64,000 bases of DNA. Origin: an uncultured Candidatus Saccharibacteria bacterium. Its GTDB lineage: Bacteria > Patescibacteriota > Minisyncoccia > UBA6257 > 1-14-0-10-44-23. Below are positions 38,269 to 46,764 of the stretch, one piece after another (the stretch's first letter is position 1; each line of letters starts with the position of its first letter). A program made the translations under genes and the position numbers. Location: positions 235,928 through 299,927 of the forward strand of contig CAYMXN010000001.1 of assembly GCA_964394435.1 (NCBI GenBank). The letters are read 5' to 3'. The notes under the pieces are model-generated. The model saw nothing but the letters and a program-made list of their open reading frames with translations. It searched no databases and was not told the DNA's origin.

Positions 38269-39117
38269 TTATTTATTTTTTATTTTTCGCTTTATCCACC
38301 GAAATCCATCAAGCAGGATTGGTGGAATAAACGCCTTTATTACATCTTTAGTAGTAGTTAAATCTACCTCGCGCTTTACTGCTTCGTCGCCAACTGGCCG
38401 CGCTTGAAACAGTGTATTGTGATTCTCGATTCCTTTATTAATCTCCTCGACTGGACGGCCATTCGTATAGTAGTACAAGGCGAGCGACTTACGACTCATT
38501 CCTGGCGGGCAGGCTAACGGCTCTGGATGGCCGTGGTACGTAAAATCATTGGTAGAGAAAATAGCCATGCGATTAAATAATGGCAAAATCTTTGCTTGCG
38601 ATTTTTTCATCTCCTTATCCCACAACTCAAAATGGCCACCGTACTCCTCTTTCCAGTTCTTATTAAGATATACGAGCACGTTAATACGCCGATCGAGATT
38701 GTTATAGTGATGCTTATTAAAATCAGCGTGGATTTTTAACCAACCACCCGGCTGAATCTCATGAAATCCACCCCCATCAAAATATGCGTCCGCAATGAGA
38801 TTTTGAATTCCGGTAAGCTCGGAAAGGAAATCAAGGAATGGCTGTGAGTTTAAAAAGTGAGCAAATTCACGCGTTGCTGGACCAAACTGATCCTCAACGA
38901 GTGTTGCGGCCTTTTTATTTTCGTATTTATTCGCAAATTGTACCGGCGCCTCTTTCTGGAGCGCAGGAAATTCCTTTAAAACCCGATCGAGCAACTCGGT
39001 TGGAAAAAAATTATCAAAATACGTATGCGGAAACGGCTGCGCGCCCATATAGGCCTGATGCTTTTGTTTTCCAAGTTCGCGAAGTTCTTGAGCTGTTTTT
39101 CCGATAAGTGTTTTCAT
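38269..39117 (-). CDS. 2OG-Fe(II) oxygenase-superfamily protein
   Basis: HADFNKHH (HxD…H) and YGGHFELW regions. Weak assignment. Confidence 0.45.
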   Translation of the reverse strand: MKTLIGKTAQELRELGKQKHQAYMGAQPFPHTYFDNFFPTELLDRVLKEFPALQKEAPVQFANKYENKKAATLVEDQFGPATREFAHFLNSQPFLDFLSELTGIQNLIADAYFDGGGFHEIQPGGWLKIHADFNKHHYNNLDRRINVLVYLNKNWKEEYGGHFELWDKEMKKSQAKILPLFNRMAIFSTNDFTYHGHPEPLACPPGMSRKSLALYYYTNGRPVEEINKGIENHNTLFQARPVGDEAVKREVDLTTTKDVIKAFIPPILLDGFRWIKRKIKNK

Positions 39118-39139
39118 ACGAGTGGGTAATTGTTATTTT

Positions 39140-40711
39140 TTAATTGAGCCAATGCGTTTTGTATGCGTCGCGATTCCATCCTGTATACAAGTAATCCATT
39201 TGATCGACCTTGTCGTAGTTATATGTTTTGAATCGAAAATTTGTCCAGTCTGCGAACTGCGGGCGCTCTTGGCAAATACAACCCGCAATCGCATCCATTC
39301 CAGTCCCGATGTCGATAAACACTGCATCACTGTACGCTTTTAATCGATGCAGTATTGCTGTTTTTGCGTGCCCCATACCGACAAGGAATATTTTAGCTTT
39401 CGAATTCTGAATTTGCGCACCAATTTTAGCCATTAACTCTTCTGGATAATCGGCCGCCCCTTTTTGCGGTACTCCGATGTATTCAGTAAATGATGGCGTT
39501 CCTAGATACGCTTGGTATGCGGGCTGCTTCATAAGCTCGCTCACTAGCTCCATCTTGTGTTCATTGCCAATCAACCCAATCTGCCCCGAAAACTCCCTAA
39601 AAATCCACCGACTGGCAATAAGAGCATAAATCGCATCGTGTGGAATTGATGGACTATATAAATTCTCAAATACTCCCTGCGCATACTTCTTGAGCGCAGA
39701 AAATACCTTCCAGTCTCCTAGACGAATTAATCGGCGTAAAAATATACGATTAAGCCATAATGGACGCGTAACAAGATACCAAAGCATCTTACGGCGATAG
39801 CGCGGCTCTGGATGATACGAGATAAGGTCATTTTCAAATATGCCGTATCGAAATGGAGCGATGTCGATCTTGTCATAACTCAGCGTACTACCTCTTCGCC
39901 CTGGAGTGGCGCTTCCAACTGCTTTTTTACGCAAAAAGTAGAATTCTCCATCCGACACACGAATTATCGTTCCTCCTCCGAGCACTGCAAGTTGCTTGAT
40001 TTTCTTTTTAAGTGAATCGAAACGTTCTTGAAAACTTGCGCGAAACATTGAATACCCGAGCTCAATTTGCACATCACGAAGACCCCAAATTGTGTAAAAT
40101 CGTCGCGCAGTCTTGCGTCGCTTCTGATAAATCGTCACAGTTTCTGCCCACCACTGATGCCCGTATGGACTTACTGTACTCTTGAGCTCCGCCCGGAATC
40201 GCTTAGTTGCGTTTTTCTCAATCCAAAATCCACGCTTTTTTATCTGTGACTGAATATATCGTGCAGTTCGTGGATTGAAATGCTGCTCGCCGGGATGCTT
40301 TGACCAACTTAAAATGAGAATATCCTTAGTTATTCTCGCAAGGTTATCTAAGAAAATCGCCTCATGTTCTTTTTGCAAATGCTCTCCGACTTCTGTTGAA
40401 TTTACGACCGAAAACGCCTGATCCATACCAACAATCGGCTGACGAAGATCTCTCACTTCGATACAATCTTTAATTTCTGTCGCCGCATTTTGCTTACCCC
40501 ATTCAAAACCCTCCAGCCCCTTTAATGCCAAGTGCGGATAATGCGCCTTAAGATTTTCAAGTAATCTCCCGTTTGAGCAGCCGACGTCGATAAATGACTC
40601 AAACTGTTTTAAGTCGAGCGCGTGCGATAGTGCTTTTCGATATAAATTGTAAAAACGCATCTGACGGCGATACTCATTTTCCTGATACATATGTGAAACG
40701 TCTTGCATCAT
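39140..40711 (-). CDS. methyltransferase-domain protein with large C-terminal domain of unknown function
   Basis: FIDVGCSNGRLLENL motif I. 523 aa. Confidence 0.45.
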   Translation of the reverse strand: MMQDVSHMYQENEYRRQMRFYNLYRKALSHALDLKQFESFIDVGCSNGRLLENLKAHYPHLALKGLEGFEWGKQNAATEIKDCIEVRDLRQPIVGMDQAFSVVNSTEVGEHLQKEHEAIFLDNLARITKDILILSWSKHPGEQHFNPRTARYIQSQIKKRGFWIEKNATKRFRAELKSTVSPYGHQWWAETVTIYQKRRKTARRFYTIWGLRDVQIELGYSMFRASFQERFDSLKKKIKQLAVLGGGTIIRVSDGEFYFLRKKAVGSATPGRRGSTLSYDKIDIAPFRYGIFENDLISYHPEPRYRRKMLWYLVTRPLWLNRIFLRRLIRLGDWKVFSALKKYAQGVFENLYSPSIPHDAIYALIASRWIFREFSGQIGLIGNEHKMELVSELMKQPAYQAYLGTPSFTEYIGVPQKGAADYPEELMAKIGAQIQNSKAKIFLVGMGHAKTAILHRLKAYSDAVFIDIGTGMDAIAGCICQERPQFADWTNFRFKTYNYDKVDQMDYLYTGWNRDAYKTHWLN

Positions 40712-40719
40712 AAATTTAG

Positions 40720-42246
40720 CTATATACTTCTAGGAATTTTTATATACGAACGAATAAGTCGCCAATCGCTTTCTTCAAAGAACCCAAGCACGCGATAGAG
40801 TCCGATAAACACACCACCCGAAAGCCCACCGCAGAGCACGGTCAAAAAAAGAGTTGTCGTTAGTGGAAGTATAAACCATTTCATGAGTACGTAATACATA
40901 ACCCCGGTTATGAGCAACTTCGAAATGAGTTTTGTATGAAACGCAATGCTATCAGTTAAGCCAAAAAATCGGCGCTCACCAAAATACAGCACAAAAGGCA
41001 TTGGCGCTAAACTCGCAAGGTATGCGTATGCGGCACCGGTGATGCCGTACGCTGGTAGCCACCAAGCAAGAAAGACGACGTTTAGCACCAAAAAGAGGAG
41101 CGTGTATTGCGCAAGGTGCTTCACCTTTCCCATGCCGAGCATAAAATGCCCAAATGAGGTAAAAATCCCGAGAATAAAATAAGTTACTGCGAGGATATAT
41201 AGCCCGGTTAGACTCTGCGCGAGGAAATCCTGACCGACCCAGTATTGTAAGATTGGCTTACCAAATGCGATAACAATACTCATAAGCGCAAACCCGATTA
41301 CCGAAACTAAACGCAGCGTTTTACGGTAAATATGTCGTAAGCGCTCATGCTCGCTATTAGCTGAAAGACTCGAAGATACGGGCAAAAAAATACTTGTTAA
41401 ACTTCCGACCGTTCCCTGAATCTTCTGACTAACGGTTCCACTAATATTGTAGTAAGAAACCGCGGCTGGCCCCAAAATCGTACTGATAAGCACTTTATCG
41501 AGCTGAAACAGAAGCGTTGCCGCTGACTCATGCACATACGCATACACATTTAGCTTCAAGTAAGGCAAAAAATATTTCTTTGAATACATAATTCGAATCG
41601 GAATCTCTGGGATAATTTTTCTAAGTGCAAGATAGTAGCTTACAAGCAGTCCGATATTAGTGACTACCTGCATCGCAATGAGACTCAAAACGCCAAATCC
41701 CAAGTCGAGCAATCCAATCATGCCAAGATTAAGCACGATCATGCCGCTTAGATAGATCTTGGTATACACATCGGCTCTATGCGACGCGGTGATCGCGCCC
41801 GTAAAGGCCGAGCACAAACAGCTGAACATAAACCCCAGACCAGCAAGTATAAAGATAATTCTTGCCTGTGCGTGTTCGGCGAGCGGAATCTTGAGTACAT
41901 CAAGACCGTAAAATCCGACCAAGCTTGAGCCTATAAGTCCAATCACGCCAACCCCCAACAGAAGCATGAGCGTCGAACCAATCACTTCTTTTACTCCCTC
42001 ACTCCGCTTATGTCCGTGATATTCCGATACTACCTTTGCGACACCATATGAAAGGCCAAACGTAAGCAGGCTAAAAAACGTAGTAATAACGCTCGCCAAC
42101 ACAAACAATCCATATCGCTCGATGCCAAGCTTATGAATGATGAGTGGAGTTAAGAATATCGTGAAGAAGATTGGAACCACGTACGACAAAAACCCATAAA
42201 ATGAGTTTTTGGCTGTTCGTTTTGAGAGTGACTGAACTGATTCCAT
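40720..42246 (-). CDS. second oligosaccharide flippase (Wzx/MOP superfamily)
   Basis: 508 aa, about 14 TM helices. Confidence 0.65.
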   Translation of the reverse strand: MESVQSLSKRTAKNSFYGFLSYVVPIFFTIFLTPLIIHKLGIERYGLFVLASVITTFFSLLTFGLSYGVAKVVSEYHGHKRSEGVKEVIGSTLMLLLGVGVIGLIGSSLVGFYGLDVLKIPLAEHAQARIIFILAGLGFMFSCLCSAFTGAITASHRADVYTKIYLSGMIVLNLGMIGLLDLGFGVLSLIAMQVVTNIGLLVSYYLALRKIIPEIPIRIMYSKKYFLPYLKLNVYAYVHESAATLLFQLDKVLISTILGPAAVSYYNISGTVSQKIQGTVGSLTSIFLPVSSSLSANSEHERLRHIYRKTLRLVSVIGFALMSIVIAFGKPILQYWVGQDFLAQSLTGLYILAVTYFILGIFTSFGHFMLGMGKVKHLAQYTLLFLVLNVVFLAWWLPAYGITGAAYAYLASLAPMPFVLYFGERRFFGLTDSIAFHTKLISKLLITGVMYYVLMKWFILPLTTTLFLTVLCGGLSGGVFIGLYRVLGFFEESDWRLIRSYIKIPRSI

Positions 42247-42257
42247 CTCGGCTTTGC

Positions 42258-43172
42258 TTAACTCTTAATAATTCCCTCTTCCTTGAAATATTCAATGAGT
42301 CCCTGCTCAAAACTATATTGCGGCTTCCAGCCAAGGCCAATAATGCGAGTATTATCCATACGGTAGAAGCGATCATGTCCGGCGCGTTTTCCATCGTGAT
42401 AGGTAACTTTTTTCCCAGTTAACTCCTCGGCCTTCTTGATAAGATCAACTACCGTAAATCCATCACGATTGGTTATGTTGTAGGTTCGATCTCCCTTTTG
42501 CATCACTAGATCAATTACCGCGGGGATATTTTTCACATAGAGATATTCACGATATCCTTCTCCGCCGTTTTGTAGTGCGATCGAAAATCCCTCTTTAATA
42601 CTCTTAATTAAGAGCGGCATAATTTTTCGCGTATCCTGACGTGGTCCAAAAATATTACACATACGAATCTCGGTTGTTTTGTCGTGAATCTCTGGAAACG
42701 TATTATCATACGCGTACCGCATTAACGCACCCGCTGCTTTTGAGGCCGAATACGGATTGCGCGGGAAAAGTATCTCGGTTTCATTTTTTGCGTGCTCACA
42801 CTCGCCATACACCTCGTCTGTATTTACATACAATAACTTTTTCAACTTCGGAAGCTGTCGCGCAGCCTCAAACGCATTAAGGTTGCACATATAGTTGTTA
42901 TAAAACACCTCTTCCGGATGACGAATTGAGTGATCGACGTCGGTGATTGCCGCAGCATGAATAATCCAGTCAGGCTGCTCCTCGACAATTAGCTTCCAGG
43001 CAGATGGGCGACTAAAGTCTTCTTTTAAAAGCTTAAATTTACCCGTATGAATCTCTGGATGTGAACCAGTCGAGCAGTTATCAATCACAACTACGTCGTG
43101 ACCTTTTTCGACAAAATATTCAGTAACGTGACTAAAGATAAAACCGAGACCGCCCGTGATGACAATTTTCAT
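42258..43172 (-). CDS. NAD-dependent sugar epimerase/dehydratase
   Basis: MKIVITGGLGFIFSHV Rossmann motif. YxxxK present. Confidence 0.8.
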   Translation of the reverse strand: MKIVITGGLGFIFSHVTEYFVEKGHDVVVIDNCSTGSHPEIHTGKFKLLKEDFSRPSAWKLIVEEQPDWIIHAAAITDVDHSIRHPEEVFYNNYMCNLNAFEAARQLPKLKKLLYVNTDEVYGECEHAKNETEILFPRNPYSASKAAGALMRYAYDNTFPEIHDKTTEIRMCNIFGPRQDTRKIMPLLIKSIKEGFSIALQNGGEGYREYLYVKNIPAVIDLVMQKGDRTYNITNRDGFTVVDLIKKAEELTGKKVTYHDGKRAGHDRFYRMDNTRIIGLGWKPQYSFEQGLIEYFKEEGIIKS

Positions 43173-43194
43173 AAATTATGAGTATTAATGGTAA

Positions 43195-43440
43195 TTACCA
43201 ATCCTTCATCGCAACTTTCGCCTTGCGCTTAATTTTTTGATACAAACGTACTGCTTTTTCTTCGACCCGCGGAGAAACGACCCGTAAAATTTCTCGGCCA
43301 AGGATCCGATACTGACCGCCAACCTTATTAGCTTTAATTACGCCTTTCTTAAGAAGACGTTTGATCGTACTCGTACTCACTTTTAGAAGCTCCTTAGTTT
43401 CGTCGCTCGTGTATACGGTATTTGGGTCGATACTGCTCAT
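43195..43440 (-). CDS. excisionase-type helix-turn-helix DNA-binding protein
   Basis: YTSDETKELLKVSTSTIKRLLKKGVIKANKVGGQYRI matches the excisionase/MerR-like HTH pattern. Start placed at MSSIDPN. Confidence 0.55.
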   Translation of the reverse strand: MSSIDPNTVYTSDETKELLKVSTSTIKRLLKKGVIKANKVGGQYRILGREILRVVSPRVEEKAVRLYQKIKRKAKVAMKDW

Positions 43441-43570
43441 ATCGCCTATTTTAGACGAAGTGTCAAAAGGTGTCAAAAAGGTTCATGGGGATAATCGGTA
43501 ATAAAAAGAGCGGACGATGTATCTCTACATTGTCCGCTCATCGCCCGCCTGTTGGCGGACGGGTGCGAAA

Positions 43571-44263
43571 CTAGTGACCGAAGCGGTAACCGTAACCCTG
43601 TGCACGCGCCCGATGGGCCGCCAACATCACCTCTACAAACGTGTGGCTCATGTCGTACGACCACTCTCCCTCGATCGGGAGCGTATCGAGAGAGTACCAC
43701 TCGAGGCCACTCGCCTCGGCCTGGTTGTCTCCGCTCTTCACCCCGAACACGACCTGCTGGTCGTGCGTACCCGCGTACGTCACGATGTGGGTCGAGGCGT
43801 AGCTGTGCTTGCCCGGGTCGTGGGAGAATCCGTTGCGATTACGACCGTCCATCTGAGGCGCGTACTGGCGCATACAGACCGGATGGGCCCAACCGAGCGG
43901 CAGCTCGACGTCGATGCCGAGATCGCTCTTGTAGTGGAACTTCAAGGCGTCCTCGATGGACTGGTAAAGTCCGACCACGCCGCCGACGATGGCGAGCTTG
44001 CCAGGAAAGCGCCCCGTCCGACGACGGATGACACCGCCGAGCAACTGACCCGTCTTCGGGTCCTGCTTGACGATGACGCCGTCGACACAGGGCACGGCAC
44101 CGAGCTTCGTACGCAAGGGCCAGACCGCTCCCGAGACCCGCCCGTCCGGCTGGACGAGCTGATCGAGATCCGAACGCTGGGCGAGGATCTCGGCGAGTTG
44201 CCGAGTGCTGTAGCCCACCAGCCGATCCGCAAGGTCGGCAGTCGAATCAGTCCTTTCGGACAT
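43571..44263 (-). CDS. GC-rich foreign-looking ORF, 231 aa; Nudix-fold-like with degenerate Nudix box
   Basis: GC jump with GC3 bias. GGAGGT RBS. Region VIVKQDPKTGQLLGGVIRRRTGRFPGKLAIVGGVVGLYQSIEDALKFHYKSDLGI follows Nudix fold topology but lacks the REx2EE catalytic residues. C-terminal LEWYSLDTLP…YDMSHTFVEVML resembles the Nudix C-terminal helix. Confidence 0.5.
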   Translation of the reverse strand: MSERTDSTADLADRLVGYSTRQLAEILAQRSDLDQLVQPDGRVSGAVWPLRTKLGAVPCVDGVIVKQDPKTGQLLGGVIRRRTGRFPGKLAIVGGVVGLYQSIEDALKFHYKSDLGIDVELPLGWAHPVCMRQYAPQMDGRNRNGFSHDPGKHSYASTHIVTYAGTHDQQVVFGVKSGDNQAEASGLEWYSLDTLPIEGEWSYDMSHTFVEVMLAAHRARAQGYGYRFGH

Positions 44264-44314
44264 CGGAAACCTCCGGGAAATACCCTCCGCAACCGATTGT
44301 TGTGGATTAGATAT

Positions 44315-44343
44315 GTTATAGCATAAAATATGCCCAAAGTCAA
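44315..44343 (-). promoter_or_regulatory. sigma70 promoter TTGACT-N17-TGcTATAAC on the minus strand driving the GC-rich ORF
   Basis: -35 at 44338-44343 and -10 at 44315-44320, read as the reverse complement. Confidence 0.55.
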
Positions 44344-44396
44344 TCACCTGCTGTTGCGCCCACAAATCAAAAGCCCGCCAGCTGGCGGACTTTTGA

Positions 44397-46631
44397 TTAC
44401 TTCGTGCTTACTCCCAAGGCTTCAAAGACTGGCATAAATTGAGCGGCGTTCGGATTGCCTAGGAAGAAGTCTGGGACGTGAGCTAAGAACTGCCGTAGGT
44501 ATGTAGCTGCTTCAGCATTTTGGCCAGTAAAAGCCAGTACGACACCGAGCTTGAGCTCGGACTCGTAATCAGCTTCGTTGTACTTGAGTGCGAGACGATA
44601 TAACCTCGCCGCTTCTTCATAATTCTCTGCGTCACCATAATACCCGGCAACAATACGAGCCTCTGGTGCAGTGTTTGGGTTGCGCCCCCTGCTCTTTGCT
44701 AGTTCGATCTCTTCAAATCCTTTTTTCTGATCGCCAACTTCAAATGAAAGCAACCCATAGAAAAAGTGCGGGTCAGCAGCTACCGGATCAAGGTCGATAG
44801 CGTTTTGCATTTCTTTGAGCGCCGCTTTTTTATCTCCCTGGAGCAAGCGAAGCTTTGAGAGCATATAATACGTCTGCTGACGATTGGATGAGATACTTAT
44901 CGCCTTACGAATATTTTCCTCGATCAACTTGAAATACTTTTTATCGAGGTTTTGAAAAATCATTCCGGCATCGGCGCGTACAATGTACAGATAGTAGTTA
45001 TTCGGATCAGCCTGGATAGCCTTATCAAACTGCGCGAGTGCGTAGTCAACAACTGCTATCGTATTTGAAATTTCCTGCTGCTGCACCATCTGCGACAACG
45101 CACTTACCATGCTCTGACTGATCTCGTGCTGATATGGCTCGTTGAGTGCGATTCCTTTTTTATACGACTCGATCGCCTTATCTGGCATTCGATTTACGAA
45201 ATAGTTCAGCCCCCAGAACTGGAGGTGGTTTGCATATACAATTCTACTATTCACTACTACTCCGATGAGCAACCCGGCAACCACTACGCCTACTACGCAG
45301 CCGCCAAAGACCTTCTTTGTTGTAGTAAACGAACCTACCTCGCTGGTTGCACGATGCCGATCTGGAACATACTGGTCGACAAGCGCAATAAACACAATGA
45401 GCATCAAGTACGAGCCAAACGCATCAAAGACGAAAAAGTTTTGAGCGAGATAAGCGACTAGGGCGCCGAGTGCGAATGGGCGGAGCTCCAGAGGCGCGAA
45501 GCGAATAATCGTTCGGATAAGCAAGCCAATAAGTAGTACGTAGGCGAGAAAACCGACTACGCCACTTGTCGCTAAAATCTCAAGATATACGTTGTGCGGC
45601 TTATCCCAGTACGTTTCAGCAAAGCCAGTACGAAGCAAAACTGGGTTATAACGCTGATCAAATGGGTATTTAAAGTTTTCCCAACCATATCCCAGTAGTG
45701 GCTTTGTTTTAATAATATCGATTGCGGTTTTCCAGGCGATTAAACGGTTACCGACGGTCGCATCAAAACTTGAGATTTGAGCTAAGCGATTGAGCCCTGG
45801 GACCTTTTGCCATACAGCTGCGCTGCGGGTAGCAAAAAATACTCCACCAAAAATTATCATCGCGACAATACCGAGTAGCGGGATGTTTTTTACTATTGAT
45901 GTGCGCACTGTAAATGGCTTGAGCTTACGAAGAGCAACATACCCAAGCGTACTCATTGCGCCCAATGTCAAACCAACCAAAGCACCACGCGTCTGTCCGA
46001 GTAAGATAACAACGGCTAGGGTTGCGATGCCAAACCATAGCCAAACTCTTACCCCTTTTCGCTGGGTCGTACGAGCAAGCCAAGCTCCAATAAACATATT
46101 AAACATAAGATATGGAGCTAAAAATGCTGGGTTGCCCATAAAACTACCTGGGCGTTGAGCATCACTCCCCTCAAACACCGTTGGTGCGATTTTTTGGATG
46201 ATCGCAAAAAAGCCAACGATAAAGGCTAAGCCAAATAGATAGCTCATAAATGAGCGCCAGTTAATACGGCGACGCATCGCGACTAATACCAAGAAGTATG
46301 CGTAAAAGTGTAGGAGTGAGAAAATACCAATCGCGCGCTCTTGAATTGACCAAAAACTTCGATGCAAATTAACTCCCGTCAAACTAGCGAGCGCGAGCAT
46401 CCCCAAAAATAAACCTAGGGCGAGTACTAACTTACTTGCCCGAGGACGGTACTCTTTGCGAAATACTGCGAGCCCAATCCAAGCAGCTACTGTTAGCTCA
46501 ACTAAAATATGAAAGCCAAATACCTTTAAGGTTACGAGTGGATAAATGAGGTTATTAATATAGAGCAAAATGGCGAGCGGGCAGATATACAATCCCCAGC
46601 GCACGATTTTCGATAATACGTCTGTGTTCAT
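44397..46631 (-). CDS. O-antigen ligase-like (Wzy_C) membrane protein with C-terminal TPR repeats
   Basis: 744 aa. About 12 TM helices in the N-terminal half. The C-terminal half has repeated TPR-like helices (…YYMLSKLRLLQGDKKAALKEMQNAIDLDP…). Confidence 0.7.
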   Translation of the reverse strand: MNTDVLSKIVRWGLYICPLAILLYINNLIYPLVTLKVFGFHILVELTVAAWIGLAVFRKEYRPRASKLVLALGLFLGMLALASLTGVNLHRSFWSIQERAIGIFSLLHFYAYFLVLVAMRRRINWRSFMSYLFGLAFIVGFFAIIQKIAPTVFEGSDAQRPGSFMGNPAFLAPYLMFNMFIGAWLARTTQRKGVRVWLWFGIATLAVVILLGQTRGALVGLTLGAMSTLGYVALRKLKPFTVRTSIVKNIPLLGIVAMIIFGGVFFATRSAAVWQKVPGLNRLAQISSFDATVGNRLIAWKTAIDIIKTKPLLGYGWENFKYPFDQRYNPVLLRTGFAETYWDKPHNVYLEILATSGVVGFLAYVLLIGLLIRTIIRFAPLELRPFALGALVAYLAQNFFVFDAFGSYLMLIVFIALVDQYVPDRHRATSEVGSFTTTKKVFGGCVVGVVVAGLLIGVVVNSRIVYANHLQFWGLNYFVNRMPDKAIESYKKGIALNEPYQHEISQSMVSALSQMVQQQEISNTIAVVDYALAQFDKAIQADPNNYYLYIVRADAGMIFQNLDKKYFKLIEENIRKAISISSNRQQTYYMLSKLRLLQGDKKAALKEMQNAIDLDPVAADPHFFYGLLSFEVGDQKKGFEEIELAKSRGRNPNTAPEARIVAGYYGDAENYEEAARLYRLALKYNEADYESELKLGVVLAFTGQNAEAATYLRQFLAHVPDFFLGNPNAAQFMPVFEALGVSTK

Positions 46632-46764
46632 ATAGCTTTGATACTACCAAGTTTGCTCCCCTTTTTCCACCAAAGCAAACGCCCCCTTGCGGGGGCGTTT
46701 GCCGGTTTACTCCACTACACAAATTGCTTTATGTAGTTCGAGCTATCCCATGCTGACGTTACTA

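Noticed and set aside
43517-44343. Alternate ORFs inside island E (43517-44326 plus, 43552-44031 plus, 43942-44343 minus)
   Set aside because: Same GC artefact. Only the minus-strand 43571-44263 frame has a promoter, RBS and terminator and a fold-like sequence.
43543-44390. 18-bp near-identical direct repeats GCCCGCCtgtTGGCGGAC (43543-43560) and GCCCGCCagcTGGCGGAC (44373-44390) flanking island E, considered as att/target-site duplication
   Set aside because: Both are palindromic terminator stems of the generic CCGCC-N4-GGCGG type that recurs at unrelated terminators (e.g. 20699-20737, 22876-22903). The similarity is explained by shared terminator composition rather than a recombination scar.
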